DNA from: a virus
IMG/VR virus record: IMGVR_UViG_3300021335_000003
Length of the DNA: 64,000 nt
Direction: 5' to 3' (one strand)
Position 1 is the first letter of the stretch, and each line of letters begins with the position of its first letter. A program made the translations under genes and the position numbers. Under the pieces are notes generated by a model that had not been told where the DNA came from, searched no databases, and was given only the letters and a program-made list of their open reading frames with translations. Of the stretch, positions 9,976-20,240 are shown in pieces.

Positions 9976-11419
9976 TCCAATTGTTACCATCGTAACCTTG
10001 AAATTTATTAGTATTAACATTAAAGATAATCATGCCTGCTTCAGCAACCATGCTATCTCTATCTGCAAAAGTAGTACCTCTTGCTTTGAATACCGGTACA
10101 GTTAAAACACCATCACCGTCAAAGCTCAAACGTCTTGGATTTGTTTGGTCGTGATTATCACTGCCTTTTGGCAAACTCACAACAAATTTACTTTCTACAT
10201 ATGTATCAGTTGGTGCTGCATCTGCATAGATACCAAACAAGCCACCAGTAACAAAATCTGATCCATTGTAACCTTCGCCTGAAACAATTGCTAGTGGATT
10301 ATCTGTTCCTACAGCAGTTTTTGCATTTACTGTTCCGTTGTATTTTTTAACATTTAAAAATTCTTCATCTGCACTAGTTTCCACTGTGATTGCATCTGAA
10401 AAAATATTCACATCGCAATCAATTGCATCCGTAATATAGCCACCAATTGTTACTACACCATTTACGGGGTGTAACACTGTTCCTTGCGCACTAGCAGTTA
10501 AAGCATCTTGCGCACCGTTTTCATCACTGTATATAAAGTTACCATCAAAATTTCCTCTAATAGTAGCAGGTGCAGTATCACAGTCTGGATCAATAGGATC
10601 GTGTAGTGTAATAATTTCTTGGCCATTGTAATGATGCACATGCGCACGTAATGCAGTATCTGCTCTTGTAGCGCCAAGCATGACAATCGGGCCACGGGCT
10701 AAGTCATCATCGGCAGGTGCTATATGGTGTTCTAATCCACCGTAAAAACTATATTGAGGATGAGTTATTGTAGTGTTTAAGTTTGTTATGTTTGTGGTAT
10801 CTGGAGCACCTTCGTATGTGTCTAAATTTGTACCGATTAAATGCCCGTTTAAATTACCTACAATATTACCTGTAACGTTACCTACCAAATCTCCTGTAAC
10901 ATCGCCTGTGTGTTCGCCTACACTGTTACCAAAAAATTCACCATATGAAGTACCATTGAAGTCTCCACTGAATGTGCCATACACAACACCTTCACTTGTG
11001 ATGTTTCCATATACATCACCATATAGATCGCCTGTAATTGTTGTAGCAGTTACAGTTCTATTTGTAGCATCAACGATTGTTGTACCTTCTGGATCAACAA
11101 CGTTTCCATAAACAGGAGCATTGATTCTAGCATTTATACCGTCAATAAGTTTTGTTGCGCCACTGTTATCATATACACTACCTGATACATCTGCTTTAAA
11201 CAAACGTTCGCTTGCATTATATACAACATTACCTTCTGGATCGTGTATATCACCAACCAATGGTCCATACAATTTTCCTGTAGATACATCAACTTGTATT
11301 AATCCTTCGTTGGATACAACATCTGCTTTAATAACACCTTGCCAACTATCAACAAGTGTAGATTCATCTGCGCCTACAATATCTAATCTATATGCTTCAC
11401 CTGGTATAAAATCTGCCAT
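9962..11419 (-). CDS. Tail fibre-like virion protein
   Basis: GDVTGDLVGNVTGNIVGNL tetrad repeats; C-terminal RDSMVAEAGMIIFNVNTNKFQGYDGNNW fibre motif; late-like motif and GGAGG upstream. Confidence 0.7.
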   Translation of the reverse strand: MADFIPGEAYRLDIVGADESTLVDSWQGVIKADVVSNEGLIQVDVSTGKLYGPLVGDIHDPEGNVVYNASERLFKADVSGSVYDNSGATKLIDGINARINAPVYGNVVDPEGTTIVDATNRTVTATTITGDLYGDVYGNITSEGVVYGTFSGDFNGTSYGEFFGNSVGEHTGDVTGDLVGNVTGNIVGNLNGHLIGTNLDTYEGAPDTTNITNLNTTITHPQYSFYGGLEHHIAPADDDLARGPIVMLGATRADTALRAHVHHYNGQEIITLHDPIDPDCDTAPATIRGNFDGNFIYSDENGAQDALTASAQGTVLHPVNGVVTIGGYITDAIDCDVNIFSDAITVETSADEEFLNVKKYNGTVNAKTAVGTDNPLAIVSGEGYNGSDFVTGGLFGIYADAAPTDTYVESKFVVSLPKGSDNHDQTNPRRLSFDGDGVLTVPVFKARGTTFADRDSMVAEAGMIIFNVNTNKFQGYDGNNWIDLH

Positions 11420-11436
11420 AACGTCCTCCGCTACAT

Positions 11437-11444
11437 TATTTATC
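11437..11444 (-). promoter_or_regulatory. Late-promoter-like motif GATAAATA
   Basis: Upstream of the structural gene starting at 11419. The same octamer recurs at 41416-41423 and 47899-47906. Confidence 0.55.
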
Positions 11445-11454
11445 TATTCTGTTC

Positions 11455-11483
11455 TTGACTTCGAAGTTAAGTTATCATATAAT
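11455..11483 (+). promoter_or_regulatory. sigma70 promoter TTGACT-N17-TATAAT (probably leaderless transcript)
   Basis: The -10 ends at 11483 and the ATG is at 11490, with no SD sequence. Confidence 0.7.
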
Positions 11484-11489
11484 TACATT

Positions 11490-12524
11490 ATGTATGATAT
11501 TTTTTACATAGGCAATCCGTCTAAATTACAATTTACCAAACTTAAAACTAGATTTCCTACAGCAAAATATGCTGAAGATGTTCCACAAGCAAAACGTAAA
11601 AGTCTTACAAAAATGCTTTGGATTGTTTATGATAACCTTGTGGTTAATGAAGACTTTGATTTTAATTATACAGTTAATGAATATAATGACACATATACTC
11701 ACGTATTCAAGAATGGTGATTTTTATGACGGTATATGTTTAATGCCAAAAAATAGTCATCATGGACCAGGTGAATTAAAAGCAAGATTTTATATTAACAA
11801 AAAGTTTGTAGAAATACAAGCAAGTATGCCTATGGCATCTAATTTTGATAAAGTTTTTATCAGTTACAATGAGCCAAATGCAGACGAAAATTATGAGCGT
11901 ATATTAGAACGTTTTCCAGATGTAAAACGCATACACGGTGTAAAAGGAATTCATCAAGCACACATAGCCGCTGCTAGTTTATGTGAAACAGAAATGTTTT
12001 GGATTATAGACGGTGATGCACAACTGATGGATGATTTTGCATTTGATTATATTCCAGAACATCATAATCAAGGTGCTGTGCATGTGTGGAGAAGTTTAAA
12101 TCCGGTAAATGGGTTAGTATATGGCTATGGTGGTATAAAACTGTTTCCTACAAAACTAACTTTAACAATGGATACAAGCAAACCTGATATGACAACCAGT
12201 ATTAGTGACAAGTTTGTAGCCATGAATAAAATTTCTAATATTACAGCTTTTAACACTGATCCTTTTAACACATGGAAAAGTGCTTTTAGAGAATGTGTCA
12301 AATTGAGTAGTAAAATTATTGACAGACAAAAAGACGAAGAAACAAATAAAAGATTGAGAACTTGGTGTATATATACAGAAAATGATCCTCCTTTTGCAGA
12401 ATATGCGTTAAAAGGTGCAAAAGCTGGCGCTGCTTATGGTGCTCGTCACAGAAACAATACCGAAGAATTGAAACGTATCAATGACTTTGACTGGTTGAAG
12501 GAAAAGTTTGATGGAAATATTTGA
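11490..12524 (+). CDS. Two-domain GT-A glycosyltransferase-like protein
   Basis: Probable start is MYDIFYIG at 11490. Degenerate first domain plus a second domain with SYNEPNA, VKGIHQAH, IDGD, YGYGGIK and WKSAFRECVK. Confidence 0.65.
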   Translation: MYDIFYIGNPSKLQFTKLKTRFPTAKYAEDVPQAKRKSLTKMLWIVYDNLVVNEDFDFNYTVNEYNDTYTHVFKNGDFYDGICLMPKNSHHGPGELKARFYINKKFVEIQASMPMASNFDKVFISYNEPNADENYERILERFPDVKRIHGVKGIHQAHIAAASLCETEMFWIIDGDAQLMDDFAFDYIPEHHNQGAVHVWRSLNPVNGLVYGYGGIKLFPTKLTLTMDTSKPDMTTSISDKFVAMNKISNITAFNTDPFNTWKSAFRECVKLSSKIIDRQKDEETNKRLRTWCIYTENDPPFAEYALKGAKAGAAYGARHRNNTEELKRINDFDWLKEKFDGNI

Positions 12525-13551
12525 AATACTAGATAGATTTGAATTATTAAATAAAAATAATACAAATTTTGAATTGCTACGTAGATCATATGTTGATGAA
12601 GATTTGCACAGTATTCTTAAATTAAGTAATAATGAAGAATTGCGTAAAGCAATTTTAGAAAAAAATATTCATAGTATTTTTAGGATTGTTGAAAACAAAA
12701 GATGTATAGGCGATCTAGAGGATTTGCGTAAAGCGGTTTTAGAAAATAATTTACACAGTTTGTTTAGATTATTACCAGGTAATGAAGATTTACGCAAGGC
12801 AGTCATTGAAAATAATATTTACAGTATTTTTAGACTTACAAAAAATGAAGATTTAAAAAAATTAGTTACTGATAATAATATATGGAGTTTATTTAAATTA
12901 CTTAATACATATACAGAAAGTTATTTTGTAAAAGCACTAAAAGATATAATAACAAATGATATTAATTTTGATAAAGATTGTTTAAGCCGGGGACAAATTA
13001 AAAGTAAAATGTGGCTAGTAGAAACAATACAAGACCTTGATTTAGATTTAGGCACAGTATTTCTATGTGCAGGATGGTATGCCACACTAGCAACAATGCT
13101 TTTTGAAAGTGACGCAAAAATAAATAAGATTGTAAGTTTTGATTCAGATCCTAATGTTTGGAAAATTGCAGAAATTTTTAATAAAAAATGGGTGTTAGAA
13201 GATTGGCGATTTAAAGCATGTACTCAAGATATACATGAAATTATGTTTGATGAGCACATATATGAAGTAAATAAAAGTGATGGAACAAAAGAAACATTAT
13301 GGGGATATCCTAATACTGTAATTAACACAAGTACAGAACATATTAATGATTATGAAAATTGGTATAATAATATTTTAGATAATCAATTGCTTGTATTACA
13401 AGGTAACAATTATTTTGAAATCAATGAACATGTTAATTGTTCAAATGATTTAAATGAATTTAGTAAAAAATCGCCTATGAGTAAAGTTTTATATGAAGGT
13501 GAGTTAGAACTATATAGATATAAAAGGTTTATGAAAATTGGATATAAATGA
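12511..13551 (+). CDS. Class I SAM-dependent methyltransferase-like protein with N-terminal helical repeats
   Basis: SKMWL, FLCAGWYA (motif I variant), SFDSD and VINTSTEH motifs. Confidence 0.6.
   Translation: MEIFEILDRFELLNKNNTNFELLRRSYVDEDLHSILKLSNNEELRKAILEKNIHSIFRIVENKRCIGDLEDLRKAVLENNLHSLFRLLPGNEDLRKAVIENNIYSIFRLTKNEDLKKLVTDNNIWSLFKLLNTYTESYFVKALKDIITNDINFDKDCLSRGQIKSKMWLVETIQDLDLDLGTVFLCAGWYATLATMLFESDAKINKIVSFDSDPNVWKIAEIFNKKWVLEDWRFKACTQDIHEIMFDEHIYEVNKSDGTKETLWGYPNTVINTSTEHINDYENWYNNILDNQLLVLQGNNYFEINEHVNCSNDLNEFSKKSPMSKVLYEGELELYRYKRFMKIGYK
12571..12903 (+). repeat. Five imperfect ~21-28 aa coding repeats (EDLRKAVLENNLHSLFRL consensus)
   Basis: Units begin at 12571, 12634, 12718, 12784 and 12847 and are visible at both DNA and protein level. 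Confidence 0.85.
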
Positions 13552-13762
13552 TTTAGATGTTAGGCAATTGCAAAAGGAAAGTGCAAGAGCACTAAGCACT
13601 ATGCAAGCTACAAATAATAATATTTGGCAGTTTAACAAAAAAGCACACCATAATAGCCAAAATTGGTATAAAGCAGTAATTGAATGGTACATAGAGCAAT
13701 ATGGCGATTTACCAAGCAAGACCGGACCTGGCAAGGATGTAAAGTTAATATACGATGTATAA
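13538..13762 (+). CDS. Small hypothetical protein (W/N/H-rich)
   Basis: 74 aa ORF overlapping both neighbours in the operon. Confidence 0.6.
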   Translation: MDINDLDVRQLQKESARALSTMQATNNNIWQFNKKAHHNSQNWYKAVIEWYIEQYGDLPSKTGPGKDVKLIYDV

Positions 13763-14834
13763 GTATGAAGATATACGTGTAGTTCATTTAGAAAACACAC
13801 AAAACTGTCAAGCCAGTTGTCCTATGTGCGATCGAAATCAAAACGGCGGCGCAATAAACCCGCATATTGATCTCAGCGAACTTACACTAGAAGATTGCAA
13901 ACGCATCTTTGAACCAGATTTTATCAAACAACTTAACACAATGTACATGTGTGGCAACTTGGGTGATCCTATTGTAGCAAGAGACACATTAGATATATTC
14001 AAATACTTTAGAGAGCATAACAGTAAAATGTGGCTCTCTATGAACACAAATGCAGGAGCAAAAGATGAAACATGGTGGCGTGAACTTGCCCAAGTCTTTG
14101 GTAGAATGGGTGCTGTTATTTTCAGCGTGGATGGTCTTAGTGACACTAATCATTTATACAGGCAGGGTGTTGTCTGGGACAATGTAGAACGCAACATGCG
14201 AGCATTTATAGATGCTGGCGGCAGAGCACGTTGGGACTTTTTAATCTTTGAACACAACCAACATCAAGTTGAAGAAGCAGAAGCATTAGCAAATGCTTGG
14301 GGATGTGAAAGATTTATTAAAAAGAAAACAGGCAGATTTGTTACTGCTAGTAGCGAAAAGAAAGAATCTCATCAAGCAGTAAATCGCAAAGGCAAAGAAA
14401 CACAAAAATTATCAAAGCCAAAAGAGGAGTTCCAAAATAATGCAATCAAACAATATGACAAAGTAAAAGACAAACACGGTAGTATGGATGCATACTATAA
14501 CAGAGCAGAAATACAATGCAAAGTTAAAGACGAGGGCAATTTGTTTATTACAGCAGAAGGACTTGCTATGCCCTGTTGTTGGACTGCTGGACGTATGTAC
14601 AAGTGGTGGCACAAAGATCCTAAGGTAGAACAAGTTTGGGACTTCATTGATGACGTAGGCGGCAAAGAAGCAATCAGTGCTAAGAAGCACGGATTAAAGG
14701 CTGTTTTTGATACAGGCATATTTGACAACATAGAAAACAGTTGGAGCAAGCCAAGTTGTGCAGATGGCAAGTTAAAAGTATGTAGTATGAAGTGCGGTAA
14801 AGAATTTGATCCTTTTGGAGCTCAATTTAAATGA
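13755..14834 (+). CDS. Radical SAM protein with C-terminal SPASM/twitch domain
   Basis: CQASCPMC, CGNLGDP and FSVDG motifs; C-terminal C..MPCCW..CSMKC. Confidence 0.9.
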   Translation: MYKYEDIRVVHLENTQNCQASCPMCDRNQNGGAINPHIDLSELTLEDCKRIFEPDFIKQLNTMYMCGNLGDPIVARDTLDIFKYFREHNSKMWLSMNTNAGAKDETWWRELAQVFGRMGAVIFSVDGLSDTNHLYRQGVVWDNVERNMRAFIDAGGRARWDFLIFEHNQHQVEEAEALANAWGCERFIKKKTGRFVTASSEKKESHQAVNRKGKETQKLSKPKEEFQNNAIKQYDKVKDKHGSMDAYYNRAEIQCKVKDEGNLFITAEGLAMPCCWTAGRMYKWWHKDPKVEQVWDFIDDVGGKEAISAKKHGLKAVFDTGIFDNIENSWSKPSCADGKLKVCSMKCGKEFDPFGAQFK

Positions 14835-15901
14835 TACAAAAAGTAGAATTAGAAATTACTAGTGATTGTAATGCAGCATGTCCCGGCTGTGCAAGAACAC
14901 TCAATAACCACTTACTGCAAATAAACAGTTTTACATTGCAAGATTTACAAGATATATTTCCTGATGATGATTACAGTAGTGTTGAATTTAAATTTTGCGG
15001 TGTTTTAGGAGATCCAATTGTTAATCCTGATTGTTTTGAAATGACAAAATATCTATTAGAACGTGGAGCCTACTGTGAATACAGCACTAATGGAGGATAT
15101 AATACAGAGCAATGGTGGAAAAATTTAGGACAACTTGCTAGCCAATACATGGGAAAATTACATGTACATTTCTGTGTAGATGGACATAAAGAAACTAATC
15201 ATATATACCGTATTAACACAAAATGGAATGTTGTTGAACGAAACATGATTGCTTTTTCTGAAACTGCACCTCAACAACATGCTACTTGGGTTTTTATTGA
15301 ATTTGATCATAACGAAAAAGATCTTGTTACTGCTAGAGCACACGCTTCAGTTTTAGGTTTTGATTTTGCAACTAGAACAGGTATGAGAAATAGTTATCAC
15401 CGATGGGTATCTCAAACAGGAAAGAAAAATCAAAAACAAACAAAAGTAATCACTACTACTGGAAACAAAGAACATAAGCAAAAAGATGTTGCTAAAGAAT
15501 TAGATAAATTTATTTTAGAATATAAAACTAAAAAAAGACAAACAGATCAAAATAAAGTACAAGATATTATTTCTAGTATAACTTGTAAGTTTATACATGA
15601 ACAAGAAATTTTTATTGCAAATGATTTAACTGTTTGGCCTTGTTGTTTTTTATGGGATAGTGTTTTTAAAAATTCTGAAAAAATTGTAGATAAATTAAAC
15701 TATTTTGACAATGGATGGAACAATTTAAAAAAACATAGATTAGATGACATTTTAAATCATGAATGGTATAAAAAACTTCTAGAAGCTAGTTGGACACCTG
15801 GGCATCCTTTGCATCTTTCTAGATGTATAAAGACCTGTGCTAAAAATAAAGCCTATCATAACGAACTTTATTATATAGAAACAAATGAAATACGCAAATA
15901 A
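14831..15901 (+). CDS. Radical SAM protein with C-terminal SPASM/twitch domain
   Basis: CNAACPGC, CGVLGDP, WPCCF and CIKTC motifs. Confidence 0.9.
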   Translation: MIQKVELEITSDCNAACPGCARTLNNHLLQINSFTLQDLQDIFPDDDYSSVEFKFCGVLGDPIVNPDCFEMTKYLLERGAYCEYSTNGGYNTEQWWKNLGQLASQYMGKLHVHFCVDGHKETNHIYRINTKWNVVERNMIAFSETAPQQHATWVFIEFDHNEKDLVTARAHASVLGFDFATRTGMRNSYHRWVSQTGKKNQKQTKVITTTGNKEHKQKDVAKELDKFILEYKTKKRQTDQNKVQDIISSITCKFIHEQEIFIANDLTVWPCCFLWDSVFKNSEKIVDKLNYFDNGWNNLKKHRLDDILNHEWYKKLLEASWTPGHPLHLSRCIKTCAKNKAYHNELYYIETNEIRK

Positions 15902-15943
15902 TCATATGACAAATAACTACGTATATAATAAGGTAAGTATAAT

Positions 15944-16684
15944 ATGGACGTTAAAATTGGAATAATAGGTAGTAGTAACAGTAAAGGTAAAAATCACGTA
16001 GGATATGGTGAGACTAGTGATGATATGGCCGATGTGTGCAAACATTTTATGCCTGATTATAAATTTATTAATTGTGCCTATCAAGGATTTGGCAGTGAAA
16101 GATTTTTACAATATACAGTGTATTTGAAAGAAACATACAATATTACACACTTGTTGATTGAAAATGTTGAAAATAGAACTTTTAAAAGTTTTCATAAAAA
16201 TTGGCAATGGTTTGAAAAAATGGAAAAAGAAATTGACGAAACTCCATCAAGTATGAAAGATTATTATCTAAGATTTATGAAAAATTATGATGTTTATTAT
16301 ACTCCTTGGTTTAACGAAGCAAATTGGAAAAAATCAATCTTAAAAGAAGTTCCAGCAAAACAAGCAAAATCTTGGCATGATATAAATCTAATGTTAGTAA
16401 GAGCTAAACAATTTTATATGCAAGGATTAATAGATGTTCAGTCTGTGAAAATACTGTGTAAACATTTAAAAATACGTCCAATAGTTTGGGTTTTTGATCC
16501 ACGCCCAGGAAGAGTTGGAGATCATCCTACTATACCTAGTGCCTTGGAATATTTTAGAGATATAAAAGGTAACAAAAAAAGAGAACATATTGGACCAGAC
16601 GGCGGGCATCTTTCTAAAGAAGCACAATATGAAATAGTTGAGATGTATATAAAACCTATGATAGAAAAGGCAGTAAATGGCTAA
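15944..16684 (+). CDS. SGNH/GDSL-like hydrolase or acyltransferase
   Basis: IIGSSNS block I, G..S block II, and C-terminal DGGH. Confidence 0.5.
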   Translation: MDVKIGIIGSSNSKGKNHVGYGETSDDMADVCKHFMPDYKFINCAYQGFGSERFLQYTVYLKETYNITHLLIENVENRTFKSFHKNWQWFEKMEKEIDETPSSMKDYYLRFMKNYDVYYTPWFNEANWKKSILKEVPAKQAKSWHDINLMLVRAKQFYMQGLIDVQSVKILCKHLKIRPIVWVFDPRPGRVGDHPTIPSALEYFRDIKGNKKREHIGPDGGHLSKEAQYEIVEMYIKPMIEKAVNG

Positions 16685-18077
16685 AGTAAGTGATACATTC
16701 TGCATCCTTCCATGGGTGCATTTAAGCACAAGACCAGATGGTAGTATGAGGGTTTGTTGTACAGCAAACGCATCAAGTGTTGGCCCTACCAATGATAAAG
16801 AGCATGGTGGCCAGGTTGGCATATTAAAAACTGATGACGGAAAACCAAATAATTTGAATGTCACTGATTTTCAAACTGCATGGAATAGTCAGTATATGAA
16901 AAATGTGCGTAAGCAAATGATGAACGGCGAAAAGCCACCTAGTTGTTTAAAGTGTTACAAAGAAGAAGCAGCTGGACACAACTCAAAGCGTATGTGGGAA
17001 ACAGCATATTGGAGTCAGCGTACTAATGTAGATGAACTTATTGCAAATACAACAGAAGACGGTGAAGTACCACCACAACTAGCATATATTGATTTGCGTT
17101 TTGGTACAAAATGCCAATTAGCATGTGTTATGTGTTCGCCACACGATAGTTCAGGTTGGATCAAAGACTACAAAAAGATCTTTCCAGAAGTAAAAAATGA
17201 ATCATTAAAGGAAACAATGCAATGGCAAGACAAAGGCAGCACAAACGGTAGCAGTTATAATTGGCATAAACAAAACCCTGTGTTTTGGCAGCAGTTTTAC
17301 GAACAAATGCCTAACATGCAACAAATTTATTTTGCAGGTGGCGAAAGTCTTATTATCGAAGAACATTATGAAATACTTGAAGAAGCAATACGTCAAGGTA
17401 TAGCAAAAGATTTGGAACTGCGTTATAACTCAAATGGTGTAGAGTGGCGTGAAGACTTATTTGATTTATGGAAAGAATTTAAACTTGTAAGATTCCATTA
17501 CAGTGTAGATAGCATACACGAAATGAATGATTATATACGTTATCCTAGTAAATGGAAACGCACCGAAGAAGTTTTTCATATACTAGATAAAGAAACCAGT
17601 AATAATGTAGAAGTAACAATTGCTTGTGCAGTACAGGCATTAAACATTTATTATTTGCCAGACTTTATAAAATGGAAACTAACACAAAACTTTAATAAAA
17701 TCAATATGTGGCCATTTGGTGCAGGAGGCATTAATTATCACTTTGTGTATCATCCGCCACACCTCAATGTAAAAGTATTACCAGACTGGTTCAAAGCAGA
17801 AGTACGTAAGAAATATGAAGAATTTTATCCTTGGTGGGAAGAAAACTGGGAACTAGGGGTACCTGTTTGGCATAAAGGCAAAATTACAAAAGAAATGTTT
17901 GATAACGCACCTTACGGTTTAAAACGTTTAGAAGGTATGTTAAGTTTTATGGAAAGCGAAGACTGGAGCAGACGTTTGCCCGAGATGCAAGAGTTTTTAC
18001 AAAGATGCGATTCTCAACGTGGTAATAGTTTTGCAGAGGTATTTCCTGAGATGAAGGACATATTTGATGGACGATAA
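16677..18077 (+). CDS. Radical SAM protein with N-terminal twitch domain
   Basis: FCILPW..VCC..CLKC precedes CQLACVMC; FAGGE. Confidence 0.9.
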   Translation: MAKVSDTFCILPWVHLSTRPDGSMRVCCTANASSVGPTNDKEHGGQVGILKTDDGKPNNLNVTDFQTAWNSQYMKNVRKQMMNGEKPPSCLKCYKEEAAGHNSKRMWETAYWSQRTNVDELIANTTEDGEVPPQLAYIDLRFGTKCQLACVMCSPHDSSGWIKDYKKIFPEVKNESLKETMQWQDKGSTNGSSYNWHKQNPVFWQQFYEQMPNMQQIYFAGGESLIIEEHYEILEEAIRQGIAKDLELRYNSNGVEWREDLFDLWKEFKLVRFHYSVDSIHEMNDYIRYPSKWKRTEEVFHILDKETSNNVEVTIACAVQALNIYYLPDFIKWKLTQNFNKINMWPFGAGGINYHFVYHPPHLNVKVLPDWFKAEVRKKYEEFYPWWEENWELGVPVWHKGKITKEMFDNAPYGLKRLEGMLSFMESEDWSRRLPEMQEFLQRCDSQRGNSFAEVFPEMKDIFDGR

Positions 18078-18915
18078 ACACTACCTTGAATATTTAGAAC
18101 AAGGATATAAAAACAAGAAATTTATAGACACTTATGAATTATTGTTTAGACCATATCCTGAGATACATAGGATAAACGGATTACCTGTGCATTTTGATCC
18201 AAATGCAAAAAACTTACTTGTAAGTTTAAGTGGTGGTGCAGATAGTAGTATCCTAACTTATATGCTTTGTGACTACATAGAAAAGAACAATTATAATAAT
18301 AAAATTTATTGTATGACACTTGTACGTTTTTGGAAAGAAAAACCTTGGCTTGCTCCTATGGCAGAGGATGTGTATAATTATTTAAAGGAACGCTTTCCAA
18401 ATATTATACAAGAACAAGTGTGGGGCTTTTTACCGCCAGAGTTTGAAGACGTACCTCTTACACGTTTAGGTAAAGAACATATTTTTACAAAACTACCAAG
18501 AGAAGCAAACTGTGATGTGTTATGCACATTGGATTTTCAAGAATATGTAATGCACAGATACAAAATTGATTTGATATATACTGGTATCACAATGAATCCT
18601 CCGTTTGCTACTGAAGATGAACCTACATTCCGCAATGAAGAATATATGAAAGACAATTGGGATTGGGCTATTAGCGGCCCTGCTATCAATCCATTTGGAC
18701 TATTACGCAAAAATTTTACAATGGCACAGTATCATAATTATAATCAATGGGACTTGTTAAAACTTACTAGAAGTTGCGAAGGCGATGTAAGAGAATTTGG
18801 TGAAGAATACAGACACAATAGACAATATCCACCAGAGTGCGGACACTGTTTTTTCTGCCAAGAAAAGCAATGGGGTTTGGATAATTGTAATGGCTTCTTA
18901 TTGGAGAACATATGA
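18067..18915 (+). CDS. QueC-like PP-loop ATP pyrophosphatase
   Basis: SLSGGADS PP-loop; C-terminal TRSCE...CGHCFFC zinc motif. Confidence 0.7.
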   Translation: MDDKHYLEYLEQGYKNKKFIDTYELLFRPYPEIHRINGLPVHFDPNAKNLLVSLSGGADSSILTYMLCDYIEKNNYNNKIYCMTLVRFWKEKPWLAPMAEDVYNYLKERFPNIIQEQVWGFLPPEFEDVPLTRLGKEHIFTKLPREANCDVLCTLDFQEYVMHRYKIDLIYTGITMNPPFATEDEPTFRNEEYMKDNWDWAISGPAINPFGLLRKNFTMAQYHNYNQWDLLKLTRSCEGDVREFGEEYRHNRQYPPECGHCFFCQEKQWGLDNCNGFLLENI

Positions 18916-20240
18916 GCTTACCTTGTTATTACTCAATAGGTGGATTAAACTTTAAAAACGGCTTTGTAACAAGTTGTCCGCAGCAGCACGAAAAAATGCA
19001 AATACTAGATGATGCTTGGCTACCCAGCGATTTTTACAACAACGAACTATTCCGCAAACACAGATTAGAAATGATGCGTGGTGAATGGAGTTTTGGTTGC
19101 GATATGTGCGAGCATGTAGAACGTGACCGTAGCGGTACAAGTATGCGCCAAGAACAGGAAGCAGATCTTACACATTACAATCCAAAAACTGGAGAAGTAG
19201 ATTTTGCAGGACTTAAAACTGTAGAAATACGTTTTAGTCATAGTTGTAATATGGCTTGTCTGCATTGTAGTCAAGTGTTTAGTAGTGGTTGGATGAAGAA
19301 ACTCAAAGAATATACACCAGACGACGAAGATCACAAACACCAATTACATCAACTTACAGGACGTATGCACAGATCATCTGTTGATGATGATTTTACAATG
19401 CAGATTAGTACTAAACGTGCATTAGAAATTGCAGAAGATTTAAACAAAAACTTTCCTAACTTAGAACGCATTGATTTTGCAGGCGGCGAAGTATTGTATC
19501 AAAAACAGTTTTTGCCTACTCTAGAAAAATTAAGCGAACATCCAAATGCAGAAAACATAAAAATTATATTCCATAGTAACTTTAATGCAGATTTTGATCC
19601 AGAGGCCTTAAGTTTTCTCTTGAAAAAATTTGGATATTGTAATATAATGATAAGTGTAGATGCAGGTCCTAAGTTGTATCCATACTTTAGACAAGGAGAT
19701 TGGAATAAACTCAAAGAAAACATTGAAAAATTCAAAGCAGTTGATAACAAGCACAGTCACATCAATTTGGTATGTACAACTAGTGTTTACCAGCTAATGG
19801 AATTCGAAGATGTAATGCGTGGTTTTATATCATTAGAATGTGATTATATCAATTGTAGTATTGTTTATACACCTGCTTATTTAAATCCTAGTGTAATGAT
19901 GTTAAAATACAGAGGCCCTACACTAAATGAAATTGAAAACGCAAGGAATGCTGTAATTAAATTAGATAAAGAACGCAGAAGAAATATACTCACAACCAAA
20001 AATATGTATAATTATGTTTGGGATGACGAAATTAAATATGGATGGTGGACTGATATTACCAGTGCATTACAGGCTATTGAACAAGTGCGTGAATATGTTT
20101 TAAAACATCAGTCTAGTAATAAGGATTATGAAGCATTGCTAAGGTATATTCCAAAAAGTGATATGATTTGGAAGCAAAATTTTAACGATCATATAACCAA
20201 ATTCAAATTTGAAAATGGAGAATTACATTATAATGTATGA
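18912..20240 (+). CDS. Radical SAM protein with N-terminal twitch domain
   Basis: C..TSCP..CDMC followed by CNMACLHC; FAGGE. Confidence 0.9.
   Translation: MSLPCYYSIGGLNFKNGFVTSCPQQHEKMQILDDAWLPSDFYNNELFRKHRLEMMRGEWSFGCDMCEHVERDRSGTSMRQEQEADLTHYNPKTGEVDFAGLKTVEIRFSHSCNMACLHCSQVFSSGWMKKLKEYTPDDEDHKHQLHQLTGRMHRSSVDDDFTMQISTKRALEIAEDLNKNFPNLERIDFAGGEVLYQKQFLPTLEKLSEHPNAENIKIIFHSNFNADFDPEALSFLLKKFGYCNIMISVDAGPKLYPYFRQGDWNKLKENIEKFKAVDNKHSHINLVCTTSVYQLMEFEDVMRGFISLECDYINCSIVYTPAYLNPSVMMLKYRGPTLNEIENARNAVIKLDKERRRNILTTKNMYNYVWDDEIKYGWWTDITSALQAIEQVREYVLKHQSSNKDYEALLRYIPKSDMIWKQNFNDHITKFKFENGELHYNV

Noticed and set aside
10840-11050. Periodic 12-nt-like repeats
   Set aside because: They are coding G-x-x-x tetrad repeats of the fibre protein, not a CRISPR array or DNA repeat element.
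11121-11489. N-terminal 123 codons of the 467-aa ORF 11121..12524
   Set aside because: They are antisense to the fibre gene; the promoter and domain boundary place the real start at 11490.
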